From: Candidatus Levybacteria bacterium RIFCSPLOWO2_12_FULL_41_12
GTDB lineage: Bacteria > Patescibacteriota > Microgenomatia > Levybacterales > UBA12049
Length of the DNA stretch: 64,000 nucleotides
Assembly: GCA_001784155.1 (NCBI GenBank)
Contig: MFPL01000002.1
Span: 34,012-98,011 of the forward strand
Reading direction: 5' to 3'
Shown here: piece by piece, positions 1 to 9,671 of the stretch
Layout: each line of letters begins with the position of its first letter
Position numbering within the stretch: position 1 is the first letter of the stretch
The notes under the pieces: model-generated
Database searches by the model: none
The model's input: the letters and a program-made list of their open reading frames with translations, nothing else
What the model was told of the DNA's origin: nothing
Made by a program: the position numbers and the translations under genes

Positions 1-309
1 TACCATTCCTACGAATCCTGCTCCAACAGAAACCAATCTCCCCGCCAGAAGCGGATCATCAACAAGCCTCATAATAACCATATTTATCCAGACAAAAGAG
101 GGTTGTTTTCCATCAGTAAGTGAAATAAAACGCCAGTTAGCATCAAATCTGGCTATTTGAGACCAACGGGTATAAATGGCTTCATCTGTGAACATTTGAA
201 GATCCAGAATGTTGTATAGTCTAGTTGCGAAGTAGAGGATAAAAAGAAGTCCGCTTATTAAAATCAATTTTCGATTCCTCAAAATAATACCCATAAAAGA
301 ATTATACAT
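1..309 (-). CDS. Partial (window-truncated) polytopic membrane protein, ArnT/PMT-like (GT39/GT83-type) glycosyltransferase N-terminus
   Basis: Minus-strand ORF starting ATG 309..307 (MYNSFMGIILRNRKLILISGLLFILYFATRLYNILDLQMFTDEAIYTRWSQIA...) runs off the window edge. Hydrophobic N-terminus with a DEA-containing loop typical of GT-C mannosyl/arabinosyl transferases. Confidence 0.35.
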   Translation of the reverse strand, partial: MYNSFMGIILRNRKLILISGLLFILYFATRLYNILDLQMFTDEAIYTRWSQIARFDANWRFISLTDGKQPSFVWINMVIMRLVDDPLLAGRLVSVGAGFVGMV

Positions 310-311
310 AA

Positions 312-1499
312 TTACCTTAATAATTTAGTACGCAGAGTTTTTCCAAACATTGCAATAACTACTGTCAAAAGAGCCGCTAACGCAAATCCTGCGGCTTCGA
401 TGTTTGAGACAGTGGTCGGATAGTCTTTGTTATAATCAGTTAAGTAAACATACGCTGCATAAACTAAAACGCCAGCAATTGACAGGACTAAAGAAGGCAC
501 TAGAACATACGGCCTTTTTGAAATAAAAGTAGCGAAAGAAAGAGGGGGCAGAAGATACCACGGCTGAAAGTTGGTCCTTATGCTTGCAAGTAACATAGCA
601 AGAACAGAAAGGGAAGTAAGTGCAATAAAAACATTATTCCAGTCAATCGGCTTTTTTTTCTTCTCTAGATACGAGAGCCATAAAGCAACCGGCAATAAAA
701 AGGCAGTTGAATACTTCACCCCTACTGATAATACATAGGATACTAACGACAACGCTCTTTTTCTTAAAATGAATAGGTAAATTGAAGAAAGTGTCAGGAA
801 GATCATGGGCATATCGTTATGGGAAGAAACAAGTCCTTCAATAAGAACCAAAGGATTTAAGGCCCAGAATGACAAATGAAAAAGCCGATCCTCCGGAAAA
901 AGCTTACCTGAGATTTTATAGACCATATAACAACTCCCTATGAATGACGCGCTTATTAAGAATTTAAAGAGGAAAAATGTGGGCAGGAAATAATTCATAC
1001 CCAGAAATGACAAAGGAACAGTAAGTCCAAGCCAGGTAGGACCGTAAGGATAAGTCCTATGCGTCCACCTCATAAAATTTAGCATTGGATCTCCGCCATA
1101 GTCTAGGGCTTTGTGAATAAAGGGACTCTCATGGTAGTAAGTTACGATCTTCGCATCAAATATGTAATTAAAAAGGTCATAGGAAAACGCGTTGTAAGAA
1201 AAGGCAAGAAGAATACCAGCAAAAAGTATCGCTACCCAAACAGTTTTACTATCAATCTTTTTTTTACGAGCAAGATAAAGAAAGATAAAGTAGAACACGA
1301 ACAACAAACTAACTATAATTGTGTACAGATATGTGGACGTCGCTCTTTCAAAAAAGCCTATGTGCTGAAACTGCTTTTGGATTACCTGCCAGATCGAAGA
1401 CTGAGACAGAGTCAGGGAGAGATCAACTTGAGTGAAAGAATAAAAGAAAAGCGAAGTAATAACTGCAAGGTAGAAAAAGAGAAAAAGCTTTATCCTCAT
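312..1499 (-). CDS. Polytopic integral membrane protein, possible GT-C family glycosyltransferase
   Basis: 395 aa ORF with ~10 predicted hydrophobic helices. Lies immediately upstream (same strand) of a GT2 dolichyl-phosphate-sugar synthase-like gene. Confidence 0.45.
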   Translation of the reverse strand: MRIKLFLFFYLAVITSLFFYSFTQVDLSLTLSQSSIWQVIQKQFQHIGFFERATSTYLYTIIVSLLFVFYFIFLYLARKKKIDSKTVWVAILFAGILLAFSYNAFSYDLFNYIFDAKIVTYYHESPFIHKALDYGGDPMLNFMRWTHRTYPYGPTWLGLTVPLSFLGMNYFLPTFFLFKFLISASFIGSCYMVYKISGKLFPEDRLFHLSFWALNPLVLIEGLVSSHNDMPMIFLTLSSIYLFILRKRALSLVSYVLSVGVKYSTAFLLPVALWLSYLEKKKKPIDWNNVFIALTSLSVLAMLLASIRTNFQPWYLLPPLSFATFISKRPYVLVPSLVLSIAGVLVYAAYVYLTDYNKDYPTTVSNIEAAGFALAALLTVVIAMFGKTLRTKLLR

Positions 1500-2260
1500 A
1501 CATTGTATTTTCTAGTAACTCTATTTAGTCCAATTCTCGCAAAATCCAAAACACCGCTAATTGAATCTGTAATGGGATTTACCCTTCTCGTTTCAACGTA
1601 AAGCCACTCAACCGGAACCTCTTTTATCCGGTATCCCATTTTTGTGGCCAGATATAATAACTCTACGTCAAACCCGGCGGTTACAGCTGAACCCGATATC
1701 TCCTTAAATCCGCTGTGGAACTTGTTCATCTTCTCAAACAATACTTCAGCGGCTTCGCTTTTAAAGACTTTAAATCCGCATTGAGTGTCTGAAATATCAT
1801 AAAGCCCGACGAGAACCTTACGAACGAGCACTGCGCTTCTGGAAATGAATTGACGGATAAAAGGTGAGCCTTTTCTTTGATTGCTCCTTGAACCGATGAC
1901 TACGTCATACTCCTTTTCAACAAAAGGAAGAAGTTTTTTTATTTCTTCAATTGGCGTAGCCTGATCCATGTCCGTAAAAAGCTTATATTTCCCCCGAGCC
2001 TTAAGCATTCCGGCTGTAACGGCACCTGCCTTGCCCAAATGATGATTTTTGAGAAGCTGAAAGTTATTATTGTTTTCTTTAATAAACTCTTCTACAAATT
2101 CCCGGCTACCGTCATTTGATCCATCATCTACTATGATTACTTCGTATGAATAGCCCTCTCTTACAAGAAAATGTTCTATTTTATCCAAAACTCCCTTCCG
2201 AAGATTGGCCATTTCGTTATAAGAAGGTATAACTACAGAAAGAAAAGGAGAATCGCTCAC
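1496..2260 (-). CDS. Family 2 glycosyltransferase (dolichol/polyprenol-phosphate mannosyl- or glucosyl-transferase-like)
   Basis: N-terminal motif VVIPSYNE...IIVDDGSNDGS and DxD-like TDMDQ. Overlaps the upstream membrane-protein gene by 4 nt, suggesting an operon. Confidence 0.85.
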   Translation of the reverse strand: MSDSPFLSVVIPSYNEMANLRKGVLDKIEHFLVREGYSYEVIIVDDGSNDGSREFVEEFIKENNNNFQLLKNHHLGKAGAVTAGMLKARGKYKLFTDMDQATPIEEIKKLLPFVEKEYDVVIGSRSNQRKGSPFIRQFISRSAVLVRKVLVGLYDISDTQCGFKVFKSEAAEVLFEKMNKFHSGFKEISGSAVTAGFDVELLYLATKMGYRIKEVPVEWLYVETRRVNPITDSISGVLDFARIGLNRVTRKYNV

Positions 2261-2302
2261 TCAAAAATTATACAACAGAAGGCTCCGAAGAAACAAATAA
2301 AA

Positions 2303-2644
2303 CTACTTCCTGGAGAGAATAAACCCATGCACCTTTAAATTCCCCCCTTCTGATTCCTCCGCAATTATCATAGCATCTGTCTCTTGAGGCATTCTTACTA
2401 CACGCCTTACCCCATCACTCTGAGTAGTAGCTGCCAAAGCACTTGTTCTATTTAATACCAGTATTTCAACCCTAAGCTCTGTTTCTAAGCCTTCAAACAC
2501 CACCTGATGTTCTCCATCCTCAAGAACAGTAGAAACAGACTCGGGAATATCAAGCCTACCGCACGCTAAAGCTTCTGCTTTCCTAGCCAAACTATCTTCT
2601 TTAAAAACAGAGGGCCGACTTAATGAAATTACTTCAATAGGCAT
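2303..2644 (-). CDS. Hypothetical protein (113 aa)
   Basis: Clean ORF with no recognisable motif. Confidence 0.45.
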   Translation of the reverse strand: MPIEVISLSRPSVFKEDSLARKAEALACGRLDIPESVSTVLEDGEHQVVFEGLETELRVEILVLNRTSALAATTQSDGVRRVVRMPQETDAMIIAEESEGGNLKVHGFILSRK

Positions 2645-2725
2645 AATTTCTGGGATTATACAGTAAAACGCTTGTTACATCAATCAAATTGCCCTGAGGC
2701 TCGTTTTGAGGTAAAATAGAAGAAG

Positions 2726-2800
2726 AGCCCCCGTCGTCTAGCGGTTTAGGACACCTGGTTCTCATCCAGGAGATCACCGGTTCAAATCCGGTCGGGGGTA
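2726..2800 (+). tRNA. tRNA-Glu (anticodon CTC)
   Basis: Cloverleaf read directly. Acceptor stem GCCCCCG/CGGGGGT. Anticodon stem CCTGG/CCAGG with loop TTCTCAT (U33, CTC, A37). T-arm CCGGTTCAAATCCGG. Discriminator A. CCA not encoded. Confidence 0.8.
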
Positions 2801-2805
2801 CAAGA

Positions 2806-5172
2806 TTAGTTGGGTTGTGTGGAGGCTTGGAGGACTGGTCTTTCAGACACTTCTCTTACTTTTATCTTAGGGAGCTTCTTAGTAAAGAATACGTCTAAGA
2901 CTTCATCCATGTGGTCCACGAATACGAATTTCAAATCTGTTAGAACTTCTTTAGGAATATCCACTAGATCTTTTTTGTTGTCCTTAGGAAGTATGATAGT
3001 TTTAAGTCCTGCTCTATGAGCGGCTATAACTTTTTCTTTTACTCCGCCTATCTCAAGCACGCGTCCCCTTAAAGTTACCTCTCCAGTTCCTCCGACCAGC
3101 CTATTTATCGGTATTTTGGTAAGAGCTGATGTAATAGCTGTAGTAATAGCAATTCCTGCTGAAGGTCCGTCTTTGGGGACTGCGCCTTCCGGTACGTGGA
3201 TATGAATATCAAGCTTTTGAAAAAATTTAGGCGAAAGTCCAAGCTCAACGCCCCTTGCCCTGACATAAGACATCGCAGCCTGACAAGATTCCTTCATAAT
3301 GTCTCCCAATTGTCCCGTAAGAATAAGCTGACCTTTTCCAGGCATAAGCGCTACCTCTATAAATAGTATGTCTCCTCCTGCTTCTGTCCATGCAAGTCCT
3401 GTAGCGAGCCCTATATCATCTTTTTTCTCAATCATTGTTCCCCGCATTTTAATGGGCCCTAGGAATTTAGTAGTGTTCTTGGCTGTAATTGTGATCTTTT
3501 TCTTTTTCCCCTCCGCAACAAGCTTTGCTACCTTTCGAAGAAGGCGCGCAATTTGCCGTTCAAGACTTCTTACTCCTGCCTCCCTTGTATAATGTTCTAT
3601 AACGAATTTAAGAGCAGAGTCTGTGATCTCTATTTCCTTTGAGGTCAAGCCGTGTGATTCCATTTGCTTTTTGATTAAGAAATCCTTTGCGATTTTGAAT
3701 TTCTCATCGTGCGTATAGCCGGCGAAGTTTATTACCTCAAGCCTATCCCGCAGAGCTGGAGGTATCGTGTACAAAACGTTTGCCGTAGTGATAAACATTA
3801 CGTCTGACAAATCAAAGGGTACTTCTAAGTAATGGTCTGAGAAGGAATGGTTCTGCTCGGGATCAAGCGCCTCAAGAAGCGCAGATGATGGGTCTCCTCG
3901 AAAGTCTGCTCCAACTTTATCGATCTCATCAAGCATAAATACCGGATTTTTTGTCTTCGCTTCCTTAATTCCCTGAATTATTCGCCCTGGAAGCGCACCG
4001 ACATAAGTTCTCCTATGTCCTCTTATCTCTGCCTCATCCCTTATTCCGCCTAGCGAGACTTTTACAAATTCGCGGCCCAACGCTCTAGCGATGGACTTTC
4101 CAATAGATGTCTTACCTACTCCAGGAGGTCCGGCAAAGCAAAGAATTGGCCCCTTCATCTTTCCTGAAAGCTTGTGGACTGCGAGATACTCAACTATCCT
4201 TTCCTTTGCGTCCTTCAGGCCGTAATGGTCTTCATCAAGAACCTTCTCTGCGGCTTTTACATTGACATTATTTTCCGATACTTTACTCCATGGAAGATCA
4301 ATCAACCATTCCAGGTAATTTCTTACGTAGCCTGCCTCGGGATTGAATTGTGTCATTTGGGAAAGCTTTTTAGCTTCTTTCCTGGCTTTTTCCTCAATCT
4401 CCTCAGGCATTCCTGCTTCTTTAATCTTCATAAGAATCTCTCTTGTTTCATTATCTTCTTCGGACTCTCCGAGCTCTTTTTCAATCGTCCTTAGCCGCTC
4501 CCGAAGCATTACCTCCCGGGCTCCTTTTTCAAACCTTTCTTTAGTCTTAGTATCAATCTTTCGCTCAAGTTCCAAAACTTTTATTTCTTTTGCCAGAAGA
4601 TCCGCCACCTTTTCAAGCCTTTGTCTTACATTCAGGATAGTCAGAAGTTCTTGTCTTTGAACCGGCCTTAAATCCAAAACTGATGCTATAAGATCGGAAA
4701 GCTGAGAAGGGGTGCTTTCAGACATTATGTTCATAAAGACCAGAAAGTCTACGGCCTTGCCCAAATTCATGGCTCTTCTGAACTCATTTGTCAGGTGATT
4801 GCAGAGGGCCCGTATTTCAGGGGTATCAACTACCTCGTCCTGAAGCTCTTTTACAGATCCCAGAAGGAAGGAGTTCCTGTTCTCAAAAGACGTTATTTTT
4901 ACGCGCGCCAGGCCTTTTACATGGGCATTTATCTCTCCATCGGACTTTATCATTCTCTCGATTCGGCAAAGAGTTCCTACTGTATATAGGTCTGAGGGGG
5001 CCGGGTCATTAAGCTTGGAGTTCTTTTGAAGTACAAAACAGACTATCCTTTCCTTACTGAATGATTGCTCTAAGGCAAGCAGACTCTTCGGCCTTCCGAA
5101 TGTGAGAACCGAATCCGTATTGGGAAAAATTATTCCGTCTCTTATTGGAATTATGGGGACTATTTTTTCCAT
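2806..5172 (-). CDS. lon: ATP-dependent protease Lon
   Basis: 788 aa. N-terminal LON substrate-binding domain. Walker A GPPGVGKTS. C-terminal protease domain with PKDGPSAG catalytic-serine motif. Confidence 0.95.
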   Translation of the reverse strand: MEKIVPIIPIRDGIIFPNTDSVLTFGRPKSLLALEQSFSKERIVCFVLQKNSKLNDPAPSDLYTVGTLCRIERMIKSDGEINAHVKGLARVKITSFENRNSFLLGSVKELQDEVVDTPEIRALCNHLTNEFRRAMNLGKAVDFLVFMNIMSESTPSQLSDLIASVLDLRPVQRQELLTILNVRQRLEKVADLLAKEIKVLELERKIDTKTKERFEKGAREVMLRERLRTIEKELGESEEDNETREILMKIKEAGMPEEIEEKARKEAKKLSQMTQFNPEAGYVRNYLEWLIDLPWSKVSENNVNVKAAEKVLDEDHYGLKDAKERIVEYLAVHKLSGKMKGPILCFAGPPGVGKTSIGKSIARALGREFVKVSLGGIRDEAEIRGHRRTYVGALPGRIIQGIKEAKTKNPVFMLDEIDKVGADFRGDPSSALLEALDPEQNHSFSDHYLEVPFDLSDVMFITTANVLYTIPPALRDRLEVINFAGYTHDEKFKIAKDFLIKKQMESHGLTSKEIEITDSALKFVIEHYTREAGVRSLERQIARLLRKVAKLVAEGKKKKITITAKNTTKFLGPIKMRGTMIEKKDDIGLATGLAWTEAGGDILFIEVALMPGKGQLILTGQLGDIMKESCQAAMSYVRARGVELGLSPKFFQKLDIHIHVPEGAVPKDGPSAGIAITTAITSALTKIPINRLVGGTGEVTLRGRVLEIGGVKEKVIAAHRAGLKTIILPKDNKKDLVDIPKEVLTDLKFVFVDHMDEVLDVFFTKKLPKIKVREVSERPVLQASTQPN

Positions 5173-5270
5173 TTAGTTAGCACTCTAGCACAACATCTGC
5201 TAGTTGTCAAGCGCCCCAAATGTGCTTCTTTAGGGTTGACACAAATTATATCATAAGGCTAAAATAATAT

Positions 5271-5780
5271 ATGAGGAAAAAACTGGAAAACAATGAAATC
5301 TTACCCCTTGGCCTCCCGGAAGGAATAAAGCCGGAGCAACTACGCAGAAAGCTTCATTCCGTAGAAGGAAGAACCGCTGAGTTTATTAGTAACTGGGCTG
5401 GCAGCATGCCTTTTGTATACTTTCATGTTATTTGGTTTACTTTATGGTTTGTAATCAATTCTACAAATGTTTTCTCAAACCACGTAAAACCTTTCGATCC
5501 CTTCCCTTATGGACTTCTTACAATGCTTGTCTCTCTCGAGGCTATATTTCTGGCTACTTTTATTATGATCAATCAGAACAGACAGGTTCTTGTAGACACC
5601 TACAGGGAACTCGAGGAAGAAGAAGAGCAGGAAGCTGAAGAACAAGAGCAGGAGGAGCTCGAAGAGGATGTCCAGGACATACAGAAAGATTTAGACGACA
5701 TAAAAAACGCAATTGTCTTTATTCAGCAGAAAATAAGCACGCATGAAAAAAATCCGCAAACTGCCCCTGAAAAAAAGTAA
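5271..5780 (+). CDS. DUF1003-like two-TM membrane protein with acidic coiled-coil tail
   Basis: Conserved N-terminal block (AEFISNWAGSMPFVYFHVIWFTLWF...) followed by an E/Q-rich low-complexity tail. Confidence 0.65.
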   Translation: MRKKLENNEILPLGLPEGIKPEQLRRKLHSVEGRTAEFISNWAGSMPFVYFHVIWFTLWFVINSTNVFSNHVKPFDPFPYGLLTMLVSLEAIFLATFIMINQNRQVLVDTYRELEEEEEQEAEEQEQEELEEDVQDIQKDLDDIKNAIVFIQQKISTHEKNPQTAPEKK

Positions 5781-6414
5781 AGATTTGGAAGGAATGACAA
5801 AAGAGGAGAAAGTCAAACAGATTATTTCTAGGCTTGAAAAGCTTTTTCCGGGCTCAAAGATTGCGCTTAACTACTCTTCTCCTTGGGAACTTTTCGTAGC
5901 AGTGGTGCTGTCAGCACAAACCACAGACAAACAGGTTAATGTGGTAACACATGATTTGTTTGCGAAATATAAAACTCTAGAAGACTACGTTAATACTCCA
6001 CTAGAGGAGTTTCAAAACGACATAAAAAGAATCGGGCTTTTTAGAGGAAAAGGAAAGAGTATAAAGCTCACAGCTGATATCGTTTATAAAAGCTACAGTG
6101 GCAAACTACCGGACTCGATGGAAAAGCTTCTAGAGCTTCCAGGGGTAGGAAGAAAAACAGCAAACGTTTTGCTTGGAAATATCTACGGTAAATCTGAAGG
6201 AATAGCTGTAGACACGCACGTAAAGAGACTTGCAAAATTATTTGGGCTGACGGATGAGACTGATCCTAACAAGATCGAGCGCGATCTCATGGAGATAACT
6301 CCGAAGAAAGACTGGTTTATGATTACCTATCTGTTAATTGATTACGGACGGAAATATTGCACTGCGAGGTGTAAACACACAGACTGCCCACTTAAAAACT
6401 ACATAATAAAATGA
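5743..6414 (+). CDS. nth: Endonuclease III (DNA glycosylase/AP lyase)
   Basis: HhH-GPD motif LPGVGRKTANVLL. C-terminal 4Fe-4S cluster CTARCKHTDCPLKNY (C-x6-C-x2-C-x5-C). The true start may be the internal Met at 5794, since the listed start overlaps the upstream gene by 38 nt. Ends with TGA overlapping the ATG of the next gene (ATGA). Confidence 0.9.
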   Translation: MKKIRKLPLKKSKDLEGMTKEEKVKQIISRLEKLFPGSKIALNYSSPWELFVAVVLSAQTTDKQVNVVTHDLFAKYKTLEDYVNTPLEEFQNDIKRIGLFRGKGKSIKLTADIVYKSYSGKLPDSMEKLLELPGVGRKTANVLLGNIYGKSEGIAVDTHVKRLAKLFGLTDETDPNKIERDLMEITPKKDWFMITYLLIDYGRKYCTARCKHTDCPLKNYIIK

Positions 6415-7022
6415 CGACGTTAAAATTCTATAAAAAAGCCTCAACCTATCTTTGCGGTAAAGACAAAAAACTAGCTAAAATTATAAAACAGCACGAACTT
6501 TCGCCTCTCGAGCTTCATGAAGACTACTTTAGGGAATTGACTGAATCTATCATAGGCCAGCAGTTATCCGTAAAGGCCGCTGATACAATATTAAAAAGGT
6601 TTTACGCGCTCATTACAGAACCATTAAACCCAAAGAAAGTTATAGCAATAAAAGACGATAAGATAAGAGCAGCGGGAATTTCCTGGTCCAAGATTTCATA
6701 CATTAAAGATCTTGCGAAAAGATTCGCGGACGGAGAAATTGAAGTAGGCAGATTTGACAAGATGACTGATGAAGAAATAATTGAAGAGCTGGTGAGGGTA
6801 CGCGGGATTGGAAGGTGGACTGCTGAAATGTTTCTCATATTCGGCCTTGGCAGACCTGACGTATTTTCATTCGGAGACTTGGGCCTAAGGCGAGCTATTG
6901 AGAAGGTACATGGAATAAAGGAGCTAGGAGAAACAGATGCTATGAAAATTTCTGAGACGTGGAAGCCGTATCGCTCAGTTGCGTCCCGCTATCTGTGGAA
7001 AAGCCTGGATAACAAGGGCTAG
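6411..7022 (+). CDS. HhH-GPD DNA glycosylase, AlkA-like (DNA-3-methyladenine glycosylase II family)
   Basis: Motif VRGIGRWTAEMFLIFGLGRPDVFSFGDLGLRRA, the HhH plus catalytic Asp region of the AlkA/Ogg family. Confidence 0.8.
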   Translation: MTTLKFYKKASTYLCGKDKKLAKIIKQHELSPLELHEDYFRELTESIIGQQLSVKAADTILKRFYALITEPLNPKKVIAIKDDKIRAAGISWSKISYIKDLAKRFADGEIEVGRFDKMTDEEIIEELVRVRGIGRWTAEMFLIFGLGRPDVFSFGDLGLRRAIEKVHGIKELGETDAMKISETWKPYRSVASRYLWKSLDNKG

Positions 7023-7372
7023 TCTTCGTAGAAGTCGCCTTCTTCGTAATTTTGTTTAAAACAAAGATAGCGGTACTCTTCTTTCGTGTCATTCACCACT
7101 TCATGCCTATCGTTAGGTTCAATTACTAGAGCGTCGCCTGTGCCAAACGTAAACTTTTTTCCGTTTATTAACCAATAGCCATTTGAGTCAAAGAAATAGA
7201 ATATTTCGGTTTGCTTTTTGTGGTAATGAAGAGATGCTGTCCCTCCTGCTTTTATCAAAACCTCCTGAACCCAAACACCTGGAAGACCAAGATCGTCTTC
7301 ATCTAAAAGAACTTTTTTGCTATAACCTTTTCCCTCAAACCAATCTTTTTCCTCAGGTTTAATTATCTTCAC
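7019..7372 (-). CDS. Cupin-domain protein
   Basis: Cupin signature GxxxxxHxHxxxxExxYF (GGTASLHYHKKQTEIFYFF) and a second motif around PNDRHEV. Confidence 0.7.
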   Translation of the reverse strand: MKIIKPEEKDWFEGKGYSKKVLLDEDDLGLPGVWVQEVLIKAGGTASLHYHKKQTEIFYFFDSNGYWLINGKKFTFGTGDALVIEPNDRHEVVNDTKEEYRYLCFKQNYEEGDFYED

Positions 7373-7396
7373 GCTTTGATTATATCAAAGAGGAAA

Positions 7397-7702
7397 CTAG
7401 CTTGTGGGCTCTTGAGGCTTGGCTGCTGTTTCTTTTGAAGCAAGTACTCCCATCATTTGGTCAGGTGATCTTTGCACGATACCGCCAAAACCTGAACCCT
7501 TTTCATGAGGAGGAGTAACTCTAGGAGTAATCATAGGGTCCCTAAGGCTTACATTTCTATGACCATCCCTGTACTCAGCTTGAAACACATCATCCGAATG
7601 ATCCGGATTTCTGTGGATTGCAGGAGGCAATTGCCCCGATGTTTCTCCGCCTGGTCTTGATTCTATTGGTCCTCCGCTCATAATCCTTAGGGATATTATC
7701 AA
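7397..7702 (-). CDS. Hypothetical Gly/Pro-rich, probably disordered protein
   Basis: Low-complexity ORF. The real start is probably the internal Met (MSGGPIESRPGG...). Weak resemblance to KGG-repeat stress proteins. Confidence 0.35.
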   Translation of the reverse strand: MIISLRIMSGGPIESRPGGETSGQLPPAIHRNPDHSDDVFQAEYRDGHRNVSLRDPMITPRVTPPHEKGSGFGGIVQRSPDQMMGVLASKETAAKPQEPTS

Positions 7703-7704
7703 AT

Positions 7705-8490
7705 CTAGACAGAAAACTCAAGGATCATGGGGAGATGGTCTGAAACGATAATTTCCGGTACTTCAAATGTCTTCACCTTAATTCCTCCCGAAACTAAAAT
7801 ATAGTCTGCGTATCTCTCGCTGGTCTTTTTATAATGGTGAGTCCTTGTCCCCTTTATCGAAAACTCTTTGATGAGATTTTTCATATTCTCCTCAAGGATT
7901 TTCAAACTCTCAGTATTAGGACTAAGGTTAAAATCGCCGCAAATAATCTTTTCCCCACTAAAACTGTCTGAAATTTTCTTTATTGCTTTTGACTGAGCAA
8001 TTCTCTCGGGAGTATCCATTTTTTCACCTGGAATCCAATATCCGTGGACATTGCCTACCAGAATTTCCTTTTTACCTACTTTTATTCTCAGGCATTGAAT
8101 GTTTCTTGGTAAATCAAGTGCATTCTTAATCCCCTCCATCTTTATGCTCGGTTTATAGTCATATTTTCCGTGAATAAAAATAGCTTTTTCTGACGAAACC
8201 TTAATATTTTTCCTGACAAATGTGGCCTGACCAAAGGAAAGGGGAAAATTTACTCTTCTCTCGGTGTCATAACCTGTGAACATCGGGGCATAGTAACTAT
8301 TGTAGCCTTTTAGTAATTCCGATAAGTCAGCGTAGAGATCTGTCTTAAATCCGTTTCTGAATTCGCTTTTTGGAGAGTCGAAAACTTCCTGAAAACAGAA
8401 AATGTCGGCGTCGCGGCTTTGATCGTGGACAAACTCTAAGAGTGGCTTATGCATTTTCCCACCCCAAGTATTTAAGGAGACTAACTTCAT
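7705..8490 (-). CDS. Endonuclease/exonuclease/phosphatase (EEP) family protein
   Basis: N-terminal LNTWGG...DIFCFQEV and C-terminal SDHLP catalytic motifs. Confidence 0.8.
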   Translation of the reverse strand: MKLVSLNTWGGKMHKPLLEFVHDQSRDADIFCFQEVFDSPKSEFRNGFKTDLYADLSELLKGYNSYYAPMFTGYDTERRVNFPLSFGQATFVRKNIKVSSEKAIFIHGKYDYKPSIKMEGIKNALDLPRNIQCLRIKVGKKEILVGNVHGYWIPGEKMDTPERIAQSKAIKKISDSFSGEKIICGDFNLSPNTESLKILEENMKNLIKEFSIKGTRTHHYKKTSERYADYILVSGGIKVKTFEVPEIIVSDHLPMILEFSV

Positions 8491-8506
8491 TCGGATATTA
8501 TATCAG

Positions 8507-9283
8507 CTAGAAGCTACTTTCTTTTAGGATTTTTTTTGTTCTTTTCACCAACTCGTCATGCACTCTTCCATTACTCGCTATAAAACCGTTTATAGGCTGA
8601 TCGTATCTTTGCTCATTTCCCAAGAGATCTGTAACTTTACCTCCTGCCTCTTCAACAACTATTTTTACCGCTGCGGCGTCCCAGGGGTTTACGTGCCTGT
8701 AAATTTCGGCTACAAACTCTCCCAATGCAACAAGCATCCCGCCATAAACACACGAATAAATTCTAGTCGTAAGAACTTTTCTCTTTCGAATTTCTTCTTC
8801 CATTCCTAAAAGCTTAAGACTTTCTATTCCCCCGTCAATTATGGTCCTTTCTGAAAAAGAAGAGGCCGAAGAGACTTTTACAGGTTTCCCATTTAATGTG
8901 GTTCCCTTATTTTTTTCGGCATACAAAAGCCTATCAACTATCGGATCGTAAATTACTCCCAGCACGGGACTTCCGTTTTTAACGAGAGCGAGAGAGAAAG
9001 CAAAGATGGGAAAGCCATGGGAAAAAGGGATCGTCCCGTCAATTGGATCACATACCCAAACGTATTCTGAATCCTTAAGACTATTTTCCTCTTCTCCCAA
9101 AATACTGTGCTCCGGATACTCCTTTCCGATAGCGTTTATTACCATTCTATTGACGAAGGTGTCTGTTACGGTAACTGGGGTTTTGTCTTTTTTCCACTCC
9201 TTCTTCATACCGAGAGAAAAATCTTTCCGCATTACTTCTCCTGCCTGCCTTGCCAAACCCATTGAAAAGTCTTTGTAGTTCAT
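8507..9283 (-). CDS. suhB: Inositol monophosphatase family protein (SuhB-like)
   Basis: IMPase motifs WVCDPIDGT and GG metal-binding region. The listed ORF start is a TTG. The ATG at 9283 sits 8 nt downstream of a TATAAT box. Confidence 0.85.
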   Translation of the reverse strand: MNYKDFSMGLARQAGEVMRKDFSLGMKKEWKKDKTPVTVTDTFVNRMVINAIGKEYPEHSILGEEENSLKDSEYVWVCDPIDGTIPFSHGFPIFAFSLALVKNGSPVLGVIYDPIVDRLLYAEKNKGTTLNGKPVKVSSASSFSERTIIDGGIESLKLLGMEEEIRKRKVLTTRIYSCVYGGMLVALGEFVAEIYRHVNPWDAAAVKIVVEEAGGKVTDLLGNEQRYDQPINGFIASNGRVHDELVKRTKKILKESSF

Positions 9284-9321
9284 TTGGGACAATTATAGCC
9301 CTTCGACTGCGCTCAGGACAA
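9284..9321 (-). promoter_or_regulatory. Predicted leaderless sigma70-type promoter of suhB (TTGTCC-18-TATAAT-8-ATG) embedded in the dispersed repeat
   Basis: On the minus strand the sequence reads TTGTCC tgagcgcagtcgaagggc TATAAT tgtcccaa ATG. Confidence 0.55.
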
Positions 9322-9329
9322 TAGCAGAA

Positions 9330-9605
9330 TTATTTTTCCCAGAACTTGATTTGGCCAATTACTAAAGCGCTGGTAAAAAGGGAGTAAATAAAAATATATG
9401 AAGAGTCGGTAAGAAAATACCCCAAGTCTACAAACGCTTTGTTTTCTGTCAGTCTTAACAAATAGCCTAACGAGAAAACAGCAATCGGCATAACTATAAT
9501 TGCCGAAAAACCAATATCTTTCTTAAATCTTCTGAAAAAGAACAATAAAGACAAGGAATACGTAAGAAAAACAACAGAAATTACGAGAACTTGATAGAAA
9601 AACAT
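9330..9605 (-). CDS. Small membrane protein, hypothetical
   Basis: 91 aa, three hydrophobic segments. Confidence 0.4.
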   Translation of the reverse strand: MFFYQVLVISVVFLTYSLSLLFFFRRFKKDIGFSAIIVMPIAVFSLGYLLRLTENKAFVDLGYFLTDSSYIFIYSLFTSALVIGQIKFWEK

Positions 9606-9671
9606 TCTCCGATTGTAGATTTTAAATATTTATATACAAGAGGCGAAATTCGGGGGCAATTATAGCAGAAG

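Noticed and set aside
1113-1601. 162-aa plus-strand ORF spanning the junction of two minus-strand glycosyltransferase genes
   Set aside because: Lys-rich antisense translation of an AT-rich membrane-protein gene. No start context.
2810-5012. Six plus-strand ORFs (2810..3019, 3368..3592, 4174..4494, 4343..4660, 4788..5012, 4795..4989) lying inside the lon gene
   Set aside because: Antisense shadows of a long, strongly motif-supported gene. Low-complexity translations with no motifs.
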